From Eledone cirrhosa (lineage: Eukaryota), in assembly GCA_964016885.1 (NCBI GenBank), contig OZ024747.1:38936001-39000000 (forward strand): a DNA stretch of 64,000 bases, written 5' to 3'. The position numbers and the translations under genes were made by a program. Below, in pieces: positions 42,982 to 57,297 of this stretch. The notes beneath the pieces are model-generated. The model was not told the origin of the DNA, did not search any database, and worked only from the letters and a program-made list of their open reading frames with translations. Position 1 is the first letter of the stretch; each line of letters opens with the position of its first letter.

Positions 42982-45886
42982 GCACTTTAATACATGAATA
43001 CACTTACATCTAACTATACACATCAAACATATATATATATTTACTTATTTATATACATTTTCACATATATATACATACTTATGGACGTTTTTAGACACAT
43101 TCGTTATCGCATATTTGCACCTATTCTCATCAGCATATCTTTCCATTATTAGTGTGGTAATTTAAGGTTATTAATATATGTTGAGAAGAGATTGTTTCTA
43201 TATTTTTCTAACTAGATTGAGGTTTATATAGTTGGGGGATGTCCCTCTTTTATGTAATATTCGGCTTGTAGTGGGAAAAAAGGGTTTTAGTTCTGTGACG
43301 GCAGAATAATGTTCGTTCAATTCTGTTATTCAGCAATTTCTTCTTGTGTGTGATTATGTAATAAATCTCAAGATTACACAATTAGCAGAAATTTTGGCTC
43401 CTGGAAAAGCTTTGGGTTTTAGCTAATTTCTCCCATTTTAGGGTAAACTGTTGATCGCTATCCCTGAGCGTCCAGGCTTTTTCTGCTAAAGTTGTTACAT
43501 TTCTTTGGCTCTGGTGTTTTATTGAGTAAGAATGCCTATATAATCGAGATTTAAACGATGTTGCCGTTGATCCCACGTAATACCACTCGTTGCCTCCGGA
43601 TTTAATGGTACACTTATAAATAATATTTTTTTCCAGGCAGTTATTGCCGAGGGGGCAGTTGTCAGGATAGGTGCAGTTACAGTTGTGTACGTTGGGTTTT
43701 CTCTGGAGTAGTATTGCGGACGAACTTAGGTGTGGTTTATTTATGTTCTGTAGTGTATTATCTACTGTTTTTTTTGTGTTCTTTGTACTTAAGTTCTTAG
43801 TGTTTTCATTTAACCTTCTAGTATTGATCTTTTTTATGTGTTGTTCAAGGTTTAACGCTGTAGAGTATGACAGTCTTATAGTGGTAGGGTTTAGGATTTT
43901 GTGGTATTTGTGTGATGTAGGAAAATGTCTCTTAATTATTTTAAAGAAGAGTACTGGTAAATTTGTACTAATGGAACTATTGTATTCGGGGTTATACCAT
44001 AAGTACTCTTTGCATCGCTTTCTATTAGTTTTGTTTGTTGGTTTACTGGTGTGCATACTATGGTAGTAAGTGTGGTTTGGTGTTGTGCTATTATATCTAC
44101 CCATGTGGGATTTATTTTGGGTGTTTTGATTGTTCCCATCTATATACTCTATTTTGTTGAGGTAGCCTGCTTTACTAAGGGCGTTATCGTAGTACTCAAC
44201 GTGTTCCTTAAATACTTGTATGTTAGAAGATAGACCCGAGATTCTAAGGGAAATATTTTTAGGGATAGATTTAATTATAGAGATGGGGTGGTTAGACCCA
44301 ACATTTACGTATTTGAGATTTTCATTCAATTTATGAAACGGTTTAATCAAACCAGAGTTTAAATTGAGTGTGACATCCAGGAAGTTAACTACTTTAAGGT
44401 TGTATTCATATGTTATAGTTAGTCCTATTTCGAGTAGTAGTTTTCTTATATCTTTGCGTAGTTTTTCTAGTTTTTGGTTATTTAGGTTTTTAACTAGGAG
44501 GAGAACATCGTCGCGGTATATTCCGCCGTGGACATTGCTGAATTTTTCCTGGAGTCTAAAGGCGATAAATAACCCCACAATATCAGTTATTTCCGCCGAA
44601 TCGTTAGAGCCCATTGTTATGTCAAAGTTTAGAGGGTCTATCTTTACGTACCCAGTAACTGTTCTCAAATTTGACTATAGTTTTCCTAGCTTCTAATATA
44701 ATCTTAATTTCATCGTTTGTAAGGTCAGAGTTATCCTTAGCAAACTTAATGGCTCTATTCAAAGTTTCAGGTGATATCGATGAGTAATATTCATCGATAT
44801 CAAACTGGATAAACTTAGATTTATTCTTATTGCTAATGCTATTAAACCATCTTATTGCTTCTTGGGTCTTCCCCCAGAGTTTAATGTTAACCTTAGCCTT
44901 AATTTGGGGGATGATTCTATCTAAGATATATTTGCTTATTTTACCTATATCTGATTTAGAGGGGCAGATTAATCTAATTTTAGGGTCATTATCAAAGTTT
45001 ACCTTATGGTCCTTAAGATTGAAGGTGGGTACCGCCGGTAAGAGTGGTCCTGTCCTATCTTCGATTCCGAGATTTTTCACTATTTCGCATGCCTCATCAT
45101 TGATGTGCTTAAGAGTTACCTCATTCGTTTTTCTATATTTTTTATGTAATTCTTTTCGAATGAAGTTGTTGTATGTAGTGCAATCCATAGTATACAGGTT
45201 TGATGTTTTGTCCGCGTTTACTACAATTCCTTTGGTGTTTTTAAGGTCGTCCAGTAGTTTTTTTATATCTTTCTGTAATTTGCTGTTGGTGCTGCGTCCT
45301 TTGAATTTAATTTTAAGGATTAAGTTCATAAGGTCCTGCTCAAATGCATCTAATAGTGGGTTGGTGGGTGGGTTTTTACAAGTCCTAAAACCGAATTTGT
45401 TGTTTACACCACTTTCTAATGTTGAGTTCATACGGCTTCTATCATAGTGGAGCGTTTTCCACCTGACACGTCGAATGAATTCATTAGTTTTTTGAATCAT
45501 ACTCAATAAATATTCCTTTCTACCTTGGGTTGGTATGTTTTTGAGTGACATATCCAGGTAGTGTTTTTCCATTGTTGTGGTTGCGTTTGCTGTGTGGGTT
45601 GCTCGACTTTACAGGAGGTAAATATACAGTATTTTCCGTTGTGTTGTAATATAAATATTACACACAGTAGATTGACAGCTCACGTAGAGTTTGCTCGACG
45701 GTTCCAGTTGTAGTTCCAAAAGTAATCCGGAGAAAAATAGAAAGATTTGAATGGATACAGTTTAGTTGAAAGGAATGTATTGACACGTGTTTCTATAACA
45801 GTTACATAACCTGAAAACGGCTGCTATCTACAAAGTTTTAGTTATGCAGACATTCAATATTTCAATGTTATTATTTACTGTCATTT
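42977..45886 (-). mobile_element. Near-full-length Naiad-like Penelope element
   Basis: Complete ORF remnant 45572-43250, 5' leader with pLTR fragment, 3' UTR with decayed HHR (43080-43137) and attaaa before (TA)n. Confidence 0.93.
43250..45572 (-). pseudogene. PLE RT-GIY-YIG polyprotein (~770 aa), one frameshift (~44640) and one premature stop (43382)
   Basis: SLKNIP, ADKTSN, RLICP, FIQFDI..YYSSI, MGS, GIYRDD, NFLDVTL, WYNP, CNC..CPL, IIYKC/YYVGST; read-through past TAA gives LCNLE...LFCRHR to a stop at 43250. Confidence 0.92.
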
Positions 45887-46089
45887 ATGTGTGTGTCTAT
45901 ACGTGTGTATATAAAGATAAGTTGAGTATGAAAATGTATACACATGAACGCGTAAGTATGTACATGAATACATGTGTGTATATATATATATATGTATGCA
46001 TGTGTATATGTATGTAAGTATGAATATGTGAATGTGAGTATATGTATTTTGTAGAGGTGTGCAAATATATGTGTGTGTGAATGCGTGGG

Positions 46090-46716
46090 TGAAAGGATAC
46101 GTACACTTGAAAGAAAAATTTAAGTCTGAATGTTAATTAAGTGCAAACACAAAACCAACCACGCATATCTTTACTATCTCTAATCCTTCTATAAATTTAG
46201 AAAAATAACCAATAATATATTCTATAAAAATGTCAAAACAACAGATGGGAATCTAATTACTCACTGCCACCAAAAATTCTCACTGCTATCAAAAAACCAC
46301 TCCCTCAACTATTCTTCTAACAACTTCACCCCTCCCTCTTAATATTCTCTATAAAAACCAAAATAGGTCCTCAGTAATATTATTCTGATGAAATGACAGT
46401 AAATAATTGTTTCTACTTTTGGCACAAGGCCAGCAATTTCCCAGTACATTACTGGTACTTTATTTTATCGACCCCATAAGGATGAAAGGCAAAGTTAACC
46501 TCGGCGGGATTTGAACTCAGAATGGCAAGAGCCGTAACTCTATGCGTCAAAGCATGGCGTCCAACCCTCTACCGATACTGAGTAAATAATAACATTGAAA
46601 TATTGAATGTCTGCATAACTAAAACTTTGTAGATAGCAGCCGTTTTCAGGTTATGTAACTGTTATAGAAACACGTGTCAATAAATTCCTTTCAACTAAAC
46701 TGTATCCATTCAAATC

Positions 46717-46722
<6 letters not shown>
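46090..46722 (+). mobile_element. Inverted PLE 3' terminus (KCKHK remnant, 3' UTR, long-stem-II HHR) interrupted by a SINE
   Basis: 46391-46407 plus 46591-46722 equal the reverse complement of 45738-45886; HHR tatt-CTGATGA(46385)...GAAAC-acgt-GTC-aata(46682). Confidence 0.8.
46408..46580 (-). mobile_element. SINE copy with 10-bp TSD agtaaataat
   Basis: TSD at 46398-46407 and 46581-46590; the empty site is visible in the inverted arm at ~45870. Confidence 0.92.
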
Positions 46723-46751
<29 letters not shown>

Positions 46752-46799
46752 ATTAAGTCAAATGTAAAATTTGGCTTCGTTTATTATAAATTATAGATA

Positions 46800-46858
46800 G
46801 ACTGCTATATATATATTTCGGTGACAACCATCATTGGCTGTGGCCTCTTCTGGCAGTC
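46800..46858 (-). ncRNA. Type I HHR, CAGAAGA (U4A) core
   Basis: gactgc-CAGAAGA-ggccacagcca-atga-tggttgtcacc-GAAA-tatatata-TA-gcagtc; perfect 6-bp stem I. Confidence 0.72.
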
Positions 46859-46953
46859 CGAATTGATGTTGGAAAGTTGACGTGTGTTTTATTCCGTCAA
46901 TATATCGATATGTCCTGCGCCTGTTTGTGTTTTTATTCCTCTGAGGAACTGGA

Positions 46954-47112
<159 letters not shown>

Positions 47113-47304
47113 TCATCTGTGTGTTGTGTGTGTGTGTGTGTGTGTCTGAGGGTAGCTAAGCTGCTTCCATAGGCGGTATGTCGGTTGAGCACTGTATGCT
47201 CTTAAAGAGCAGAGTATGATAGTATAGAAAACGAAAAATCAGAGATGCATCTGAACTCAATTGTTTGTGTGTTACAATTGTCTCCCCGGCGGACAGCTCG
47301 AGAC

Positions 47305-48405
47305 AGTATAATGACAGAACGTGCAACTGCAGAGCGGGCACACAGTGCCCTCTGTAGGGAAGATACCTAACGAAGGGCCTGGTATATAAATGTTTGGTTA
47401 ACACGCACAACACAAAGCTCACCTACATCGACGCAACATCCACGACCTTTAAATCGAGGATGTATAACCACACAAACTCTTTCAATAACCAGAGCAAGAG
47501 TCACTCTACTAGGCTGGCGGACCTGGTGTGGGACTTGAAAGACAAAGGCACCGCGTATCACATCAACTGGAGTATCGTTCGGCGTGCGAATGCATAATCG
47601 GCTGGAAATAGAAAGAGTAGGCTATGCCTATCCGAGGCCATGGAGATAGTTAGACTGAACGATGATGTGTTCAACATGAAATCGAAAATAATCATGACGT
47701 GCAGACACCAGAGAAAGTGCAGACTCTCCGCATGTAATCCACCGGGCAGCCCAAGTTAAAGGCATGCGGGGAAGCGCACGATGGCCAGAGCAACGAAACG
47801 GGTTCAAGGGTCAGACACCATACACTGTTGACTATGTATGTCCCGTGGGGAAGCCGACACAACGCAGGATACCTACCCGACTCTGCAAGTCACCCTAGGC
47901 AACAACATCGCCTGAGCCGGGGCAGGTTGACGCAAATTCCACTGATATTCAGTCCCGTGCCTTACATTAATAAGGCACTATACCTCACCCACAGTGACAT
48001 GCTCTAGTAAGGCCTGTCCAAGCACCCACTTCATGTCTATATTTTCAGTAGATAGTGCATACACTCGACACATTCCATTTTGTAACACCTAATGTATTTT
48101 CCCTATACAGACCCACGTGTGTATCTAATACTTCTCTTTTGTAACTCAGATGTGTGTACCATCTCATATGCATACACGTTCCTTCTTTTTTTATATATAT
48201 TCTACACGCATTTTCTATGTACGGTCTGCGCACACTACTTACTATAATAATATGAACGCACATTGTGTGGCTTTGCGTGAGGATTCCATACGTGGATTAA
48301 CCCAGGTCTGCAGCGAAGCTACATCTCTGTAAGCACAGATAAAGAGATACATCCTTTTATATATGGCCCATTATGTATCTTTATATGACTTTGTCTTTAT
48401 ATTCT
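47305..48405 (+). mobile_element. PLE GIY-YIG fragment and 3' region (degenerate)
   Basis: CNCRAGTQCPL, LVYKC, TYID, FKSRMYNH, INWSIV, LCLSE, CRHQ; fused 5' to an antisense pLTR fragment (47146-47304). Confidence 0.85.
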
Positions 48406-48428
48406 TAATATATATATATATATATATT

Positions 48429-48620
48429 TAGGAACTAGTAGGACCCCGACGGCTGAGCTCAAGCCGTTTCGACGGCTAATTATGTCCAGAATTAGCCGTC
48501 AAAACGGCTTGTGCTCAGCCGTCGGGGTCCTACTCGTTCCTATTACCCACTCTACTACCCTAAGTATTGAGTAATTTGGTGCGTTATGGTCCATCTAATT
48601 CCTTACCACATTTCCTTCGT
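48429..48620. mobile_element. Family X pLTR fold-back
   Basis: Same apex (gacggctaatt...aattagccgtc) as at 14040 and 28589. Confidence 0.8.
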
Positions 48621-48997
48621 TATATATATATATATATATTTATTTATATTCTTAATATATATATATATATATATTGTGCGTGCGTGGGTGTGTATATGAA
48701 TATACACATATTTGTAAGAGTGTACATGCGCCTGTGTGTGTGTATGCACAAGCTTGTTTGTGTATATATGTGTGTTTGCGCGTCAGTGTGTATCTGTGTG
48801 TGTATATATGTATATGTGTACGTGTATATATGTGTGTGTGTGGGTGGATGTTGAGGGGGAGAGGGGTTCTATGCATATGTCTGTATGTGTTTGTGTGTAC
48901 GGGTATATATACGCGTGTGCATATAGATATGTACGTGGGCGTTCGTGCATATATGTATAGATATGTATGTGTGTATAGATATGTGTGTGTGTGTATA

Positions 48998-49061
<64 letters not shown>

Positions 49062-49129
49062 TGTATATATATATATATAGATAGATAAAATAAATCAAAG
49101 AACACCTACATATTCATACAGTTTTTATT

Positions 49130-49176
49130 CGCTAACAATGTTTCAGCCATACCGCGAGGAAGGGATCCTCAGAGCG
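49130..49176 (-). ncRNA. Type I HHR candidate, canonical core
   Basis: cgct-CTGAGGA-tcccttcctcgcggtatggct-GAAAC-att-GTT-agcg; weak stem II. Confidence 0.6.
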
Positions 49177-49254
49177 TAATAAATAAAAAATATAGTGCTG
49201 ATATAAGCTCTACCGAGCTGAGTCACCATAACAGTAGAGAAACAGTACAGGATA

Positions 49255-49392
49255 ACACGAGGGAGATTGGGTATGGAACGGATGGAGATAGCATGAGGTA
49301 GACTGGGTATGAGAAGGGTGGAGAGAGCATGAGGGAGATTGGGTATGAGAAGGGTGGAGCGAGCATGAGGGAGATTGGGTATGAATGAGAAG
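49255..49392. repeat. 33-bp minisatellite, ~4 copies
   Basis: gcatgagggagattgggtatgagaagggtggag unit. Confidence 0.85.
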
Positions 49393-49558
49393 GATGCTTA
49401 TGCACTTATGCTCCGTTGTCTACTTAAATATATATATATATGTATATGTGTATATACATATATATATATGCATGTGTGTGTGTGTATACATATGTATGTG
49501 TGTATGTGTATGTATGGGTGGGTATATATTTATGGGTGTGTATATATATATGTAGGTA

Positions 49559-49589
<31 letters not shown>

Positions 49590-50166
49590 GCGTGTGTATG
49601 TACATATGTGTGTGTGTGCGTGTGTCTGTGTGGGTATATATATGTGTATATATGTGTGTACTGATGTGTGTATGCACATGTGTGTGTGTGTGTATGTTGA
49701 TTTATATAGGCATGTGGGTATGTGTCTGTGTGTATAGCGAGCGATTATGCGTACGACTGTCATTATCTCTGTGCCTGTGTGTGTGTGTTTGTGTGGGTGT
49801 GTGTGTGAACAACGAAACACAGCAGTAATTTAATGAAGTGTAACAGACGTGTGCAGCTAACTCCCTGATGTTCAGCAGACTGGTACCTATGGTCAGAATT
49901 ATGGTGACATCGATAACCAGCGGCCAATCATAGGACGAGCGAAGAGGGTGAAGTTTTTGACGGTACTGGCCCAGAGGGTCAGATACCCCAGTGAGAGAAT
50001 ATGCTTCGAAATCATTAGACGTGTCCGTCGAACGTGCGGCTCCAGAATCAGCCAGATCCACACAATGATCGCGTCTCGAGCTGTCCGCTGGGGAAACAAT
50101 TGTAACACAATAAATTGAGTTCAGATGCATCACTAATTTTTCGTTTTCTATTCTCTCACACTCTCA

Positions 50167-50247
<81 letters not shown>

Positions 50248-50440
50248 ATATACATATTTATATGGATATATAGGGAAAATATGGATATATAGGGAAAAAA
50301 GGTGAAATCGCAAATGCATATATATAGTATTAAGGATACTATTTATGGTTATGTATATAATAAAACCTTTTGGAGGAAACAATTGTAAGCAAATAAATGA
50401 TTTAAACTGAACTTTGATTATTGTAATCTTTCTCTCTCTG

Positions 50441-50678
<238 letters not shown>

Positions 50679-50923
50679 ATATGTATATGGATATATATAT
50701 ATATACATATGGATATATAGGGAAAAAAGGTGAAATCGAAAATACAACTGGAGTTTTTTATATTTATTTGGTTCCTTTCCCGGTTTCGCAGTTCTTGTGC
50801 TTTTCAAAAGTAGAATTTAGATGGAGGGTTTGTGGTTTGCATTTTAGATTTGATCTTTTTTCCTTACACTTTCCCTCGTGTAGCACATCTGTTTTTTTTT
50901 ATTTTGTAAAAATACCTCATCTT

Positions 50924-50988
<65 letters not shown>

Positions 50989-51214
50989 AGTGGCAGGAGT
51001 GGTCATATAACCTCCCATATACGCAGCAAACATTTCTGGGGACGGGATTAGGGTGAGTGACAGCTTATGCATGAATGGAAATGATGCCCATACGCTAAGA
51101 TGACGTCCCGAACTACCAACCAATCGCAGTACGGCCCAAACAGGATGGAGGCAGATGATAGAAAGTCGAAGGGCAGTGTCCAGCAGAAAGAGGATGGGCT
51201 TCGAAATGACTAGA

Positions 51215-51305
51215 CGTATCTGAGGAACTTGCGAATCCAGACTCAACTTCGATCCACAAACAGATCGCACCTCGAGCTGTTCGCTGAAGAAACATTTGTA
51301 ATACG
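51215..51305 (+). ncRNA. Type I HHR with extended stem II (decayed homolog at 50021-50108)
   Basis: cgtat-CTGAGGA-..gcgaat...gttcgc..-GAAAC-attt-GTA-atacg. Confidence 0.72.
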
Positions 51306-51430
51306 CAATGCCTTTGTGTTAGGATGCATCACTGATTCTTTGTTTTCCATATTATCATACTCTGCTTTGAAGGAGCATAGAGTGCTCAACTGGCATACCG
51401 CCTACGGACGCATCCAAGCAACCTTACCAC

Positions 51431-51467
<37 letters not shown>

Positions 51468-51475
51468 TACATATA

Positions 51476-53130
51476 TTTCTCACTCTTAGTGCGGCTGAAA
51501 CTTAAATATAAGTAAGTATACGTACATACATATATGTATACAGACGTACTGTAGTAAGTATATATATACATACATGCACACACATATATATATATATATA
51601 TATATGTACGTATGGGTTTACCGAACATTTATTATAATGTTCGGTTTGTTTGTAAACAAACAGCCCGAATTAAGCCGTACAGCGTTTTCGGAAACCATCG
51701 TAGCCCTTTTGTTCAACACTGACAAAGAAACGATGGACAAGTTTCAAGCTTATTAGCTATCGTCTGCATCGTATACCTTCCTGTCAGATGATTGAACGTT
51801 TGAAAGTATATACTTTTCTTATGCAGCCTAATTTGCATATCAAGTGAGTTAGTCGGCCGGGCGTACCGAAAACGATAAATGGAAAAGAATGAAACGAACA
51901 TTTCATTTCTCACTCTTAGTACGGCTGGTACTTAAATATAAGTATGTATGTATATAAGTATGTATGTATATAAATATAAGTATGTATGCATATAAGTGTC
52001 AGCCGTACTAAGAGTGAGAAATGAAATTTTCGTTTCATTCTTTTCCATTTATCTTGTCTCGGATTGTAGCCTGCGAACTGCATGTGGTGGATGAAGTGTT
52101 GTATGTGTCTATAATTCTTTGGGGTTGCACATGCGGGACCTGTTCTTTATCACTCTTACTATGTCCGCAATCAGTAGGTTGATTTTTATGTGATACGAAA
52201 CAGCTGATTTTCGGTGGATCCGGTATTTGGAGGTCATAGTTTGGCATAATGCGAATGGAGGATATGTGTTCTATTACTAATAGTTTCCAACTAGAGTTCT
52301 ACGTCTATAGTTGGAGTGATTATTTGGATAGTCTATAGTAACTTTAATACTCTGGTGGATGGAGTTAGCTATTTTCTGGATGCTTTCAATTGTGTTCTTC
52401 TCTAATTCCCGACTGTTCCCCTGTGGGTTTTTTTTTATTACGATATTCATATCATTTACGAAGCGGGAATACATAGTCAACAACTACATATTTTCCTAAT
52501 TTCTCTCCCTGATCATACGTCCTGTCATTGAAATAACCCCAGATATATGCGACAACACGGAGGACCTTCTCAGCAGAATCAGCGAATGCAACATGTCTAG
52601 GGACCTAACAGGCTGTACAATGGGTAGCATGATATAGTGTCACTATACCCATCCATCGACGTTGCATAGAGATATTCAGCGAGAGCCTTGTGGAATTCCG
52701 TGGGTTTGATACCAGTGAACCGAGACTCCTGCTTAAACTCATATACAATAAGGAATACCTAGACACATAACCTCAACAGCCTTTGCCCCACAAGGCCGGA
52801 AAGAGGCAGACCCCCCACCATTACCTCAATGGCCAAGAAGACCCACACAGAAAGATGGAGCGGGTGGACCAGGGACATACGACCCCCGAAAACCATGATG
52901 AATTAAAGATAATGGTTATACATGTGGTGGGGGCCAGGATAAATCTAAGCCTTAAGGTACATATGTTCAAACTTAATGGCAAAACATATACCCAAGAGGA
53001 GGCAGCAGCCATTGGCGTTAGCATTGCAGGTGACATAGCTATCCTCTTTATGGTATGGTGTGACTGAAAACTTAAAGTACAATTAGACGACAATTTTATA
53101 ACCCAGATTATGTACTCCCGCTACGTAGAT
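51476..53130. mobile_element. Rearranged PLE of a different RT type (YVDD-class): minus-strand 3' part and plus-strand RT fragment
   Basis: Minus YSRFVNDM...IANSIHQSIKVTIDYP; plus SLYPSID, FKLNGKTYTQ..AIG, MYSRYVD; terminal repeat at 51476 and 51906 with an inverted copy at ~51991-52052. Confidence 0.7.
51730..51772 (-). ncRNA. Minimal type I HHR, CAGACGA (U4A) core
   Basis: acgatg-CAGACGA-tagct-aata-agctt-GAAAC-tt-GTC-catcgt. Confidence 0.72.
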
Positions 53131-53237
53131 GTTCAGACATGGAGAGGGTTGGGCACAGTCAGTTATAAAAGTACCCTAGACACAGCGTATGACGGCCGGT
53201 GCCTCTGCGACTCCGCAAAGAATTATTGGATCTTTAT

Positions 53238-53342
<105 letters not shown>

Positions 53343-53672
53343 TTCATTGTTCCCATGTATGTATCAGTATATTGGGGATTTTGTGTGCGCATGGGTGTGT
53401 ATAATGTGTATATTGATATTTTTACAATGATATGAATAAAAAAGTTTAGGAAATCATTTACAGGTGCAGTATAGTGTATTATGCAAAACTCGAATTTTTT
53501 TCCAGCTAAATCAGATCATCAAAATTTATTTTTATTATGCTTATTAAATCTAAATCTAAATCTATTCACACTTGTTTTCCTGCAGATCAGATTTCATTTT
53601 GTTTTAAATCCAATAACTCAGAACTCAGAGTTTAAGAATATAATTCACGAATATAAAAAAACATATTACAAT

Positions 53673-53849
53673 AATTGTTTATACTTTTGGCACAAGGCCA
53701 GCGATATCCCAGTGTATAACTGGGTCTTTATTTCATCGACCCCGTATGGAAGAAAGGCAAAGTTAACCTCGGCGGGATTTGAACTCAGTCCGTAAAGGGA
53801 CGTAACTGTGCTGCAAAGAATGGTGTCCGACCCTCTACCGATACTGCCT
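53673..53849 (-). mobile_element. SINE copy
   Basis: Family motifs; flanking repeat tattacaataat. Confidence 0.85.
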
Positions 53850-56800
53850 ATTACAATAATGCAAGTTTACAACGTCGCTACAATACGTCAGTTCCTATGT
53901 GATTGTAGATCGGTTATGATTCAACCACTACCTCTATGTATGGTCTATTAAAGGCAACTCATCTGTGATACAATTCTAGCTGTGATGGGTGCGCTATGTA
54001 TTTTATTTGTAGTATTCAGCATCTTCTGGTTGCTGCGAAACACCTTGGCTATTCACGATTTAGCCTCAGCTCCATGATTCTCTCTTAATTTTCGATCATT
54101 TACCTCACTTTAAATGATTAGCCAGCAAATTAGGTAAAGGTAGTTTTCGCAATGGGTACATGCGCCAAATGTTTCATTGGTTTTAATGATGAACGTTTCA
54201 ATTGTTCGATCTGCGAAACAACCATCTCATGCATTTAAACCTTAAGTGGATGAGCATTCCACAGACACGCGTACCCTTTACGTAAATCGCAGTGAGAATC
54301 AACTTGGCACAATGTGACAAAATTGACTCTTTGAATTACAGGAACACTTCACTCATCTAGCCACCAAACATATTTTTGCCTCGATTAAACTTTATTCAAA
54401 ATTTGTGGAAAATATGATTTAGCCAGGATGTCATACACTGGAATTAAATCCGAGACCATGGAATGCGAAACCATTCGGCCATGCTGCGTCGATAGCAGAT
54501 TTATATATGGTTCGTGTGTCATTAGTGATATGACATATTACAAGTAAATCGAATAAGGAACTATTCGATATAATATGTATAAGGTGGTGGTAGATATAGG
54601 AAACCACACCTTTGGAGACGAAACGTTTAAATATTACATGTTAAGAAATTGAAGTCTTTTTCATACATCACTACAAAGTATGACGTGTATTTATAAGTTA
54701 AAAATACAGAAAAAATTACAAACATTTACATCAAAAGTTTTGTTTATCGCCCTTTCGATATGTTTGACATTATGTTTTATTTCATAATTTCTTTTTCCGA
54801 TTTCAATAAACCATTTTACGATGTAAAATCTTTGTGAGATAAAAACAATATTATTCAATCACATACTTTATTTCTTTCCGATATTTATGAAAAACTAAAA
54901 TGATATTAAAATTGGATCTATATATTTTTGCTTTTCTCGTTTTGTTTGAGTCCTATGGCAATTTTATCATAACTTGTCTACCGACATCATCTACTAAAGT
55001 AATATTTGTTCTTTCAGTTTTCTTTCTTTCATAACAAATTCCGTTTGCTATATCTAGTCTTCCATAATTCTTCTGATTCCTTGTTATTTCTCCCCACATA
55101 TTCCTTCCATTATTTCGTCGTATATTCTCCAATTTTTTCATTTTTTCCAGCACATAAGTATCTGGGTATATTTTATATATTTTCAGTATAGTGTCCCCCC
55201 ACACACAGTTTGAATATATTAGGCAATTCACTGGTAAAACTAGCCGGCGTGGAGGCTATCATATAAAGAAGGATTATTTCCTAATAAATACTTCAAGAAT
55301 TATTTTTGTAGGCGTTCTTGATATTTGTTATACTTTTCAAACAATATTTGGCAAAGTCATATTTTACGTCTCTAACTGTACCAATCCTACAATTGTTTAC
55401 ATTAGTTTCTTTCACTTTCTTTGCTTTTATAAGGGGAATCTACCATTCTAGTGGCACATCATTCAGATTATTATGATTTATTACACATTAACCTTTCTTC
55501 TCGTTCTCATCAAGGAATCAATCTGTCAAGAACACCCAAACAGAATTTCTGTAAACATCGTTATTTCACATTTTCTCTTTCATCGTTAATATACATTGTT
55601 TACTGTTCTATCTCTTTCATTGATAAATGGATTTTACTTCACTCAAAAATATTCCCGAAGTTTGGCTGTTTGTCTCATGCCAGAGGAAATAGTTTGTTGA
55701 TTTCAAAAGCTTTAGACAAGTAGTTCTTTTTGAAATCTCTATTCCACGAGAATAACTGGAATGGAAAATGGAATGAAGATTTCCATCGGGACGCCAATAG
55801 GTGAGGATGGAACATATCTTGTTGTAAAATGCTACCATAAACGGAATGTAAATCGTTGGTATGCATGGTGATGTTTAATGTGTTCTGTGGTACAATTTTA
55901 CTACTGCTGATATCAGTGTTGCTAAGTAAAATGTGTTGGGTAGTTTTGTATTTGCAACGTTATGTATATCCACAGGACTAGGATATGGTTTATTCTTTAT
56001 CACTAGAGAATCAAGAATACTAATACCAGTAAAGTATTTGGAACAATGTATTAGTCTATATCGTCTTCTGAAAACTACTTCTCTTTGCTTCTTACAAAAA
56101 CATGTTAACATTATCTAAAGCTATTAACAGAAACACAAACATATAGAAACTTTTCTTTCCCTATAGTATTGAACAATAGTTATTGTGTTCATTAATGAGT
56201 TTCTCGAGAGATTATTGCTTTAAGAAATACAATAGTAGTTATTTAGTAGAGCTACATGCTGTCTTCTATAATCCGTAATCATTTTTATACGCTCATTCAA
56301 GTACATTATTCACAAAAGATTTCTCTTTTCAATAGGAGATTTAATTCATTTCTATGTTCCTTCAGAGTCTTACATTAAGCGAAAATCTTTCTTAATGTTT
56401 TCTTTTCGATAGAGACAAATATTTTCATCATATGGATTTAAATTATTTCTAAAATAAAAATAATTCACATCTAATAAACTCTGTAGTAGTTTCACTTCAA
56501 CGCAATATATCTCGTAGCCTCCAACCTATCCCGAAAACCAAAGATTACTTAACCTGAATGATGATAGGTCATTCGTTTTCCTTTTAATGCAAACGACACA
56601 TCATTGAATTAGGAAAATACTTCAAGTGATTCTGTACTAAGTATTTTTATGGATATTGCAGATAATTATATTGCTATCTTTGCTATTATTCTGCTTATGG
56701 CCAAGTTTATTGTTTCTATGCAAGGTGGTATTTATGCATTATCGTGTCAAACTATTAAAGTAGGCTTAAGACAACATTACTATTCAAAGCAATAATAAAC

Positions 56801-57152
56801 TGTCTGATTCTCCTAGGTCACCTCAGCTTATCCATTTCTCCAATCAATGAATTTCATTGTAAAATTAAAATTGAAGGCGTCATCGTATAGTAAAATGTAA
56901 GGAAATCATGTCAGATACATGCTGTAGGTGTGTGAACTATCTATATTTTAACATATCTTAACTGTTCTCGGATGGCAAAATGGGTAGTACGTCGAACAAA
57001 CTAGCATTGGTTATTTTTTCTGATTATTTACGTTCAGAGTTGAAATCCCGACAGGCTTCGCTACCTCTTTTATTCTTCGGATATTGACAAAGTAAAATAT
57101 CTGTCATCACACACACACACACACCCGCACACACACACGCACACACACACAC

Positions 57153-57189
<37 letters not shown>

Positions 57190-57297
57190 AATATGTATAT
57201 ATATAAGTAGAAGGGGTATTTAATGTGTTGGAAGTCCGATAAATATAAATGTTTATAACTGATTTAGAGCACTCAACAGCTACTGGAGTAAATATTC

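Noticed and set aside
43671-45447. Plus-strand ORFs 43671-44066, 44364-44696, 44830-45447
   Set aside because: Antisense shadows of the PLE ORF.
54953-56118. Cluster of short ORFs as a host gene
   Set aside because: Stops in the frames I read and no recognisable domain; at best an old LINE remnant.
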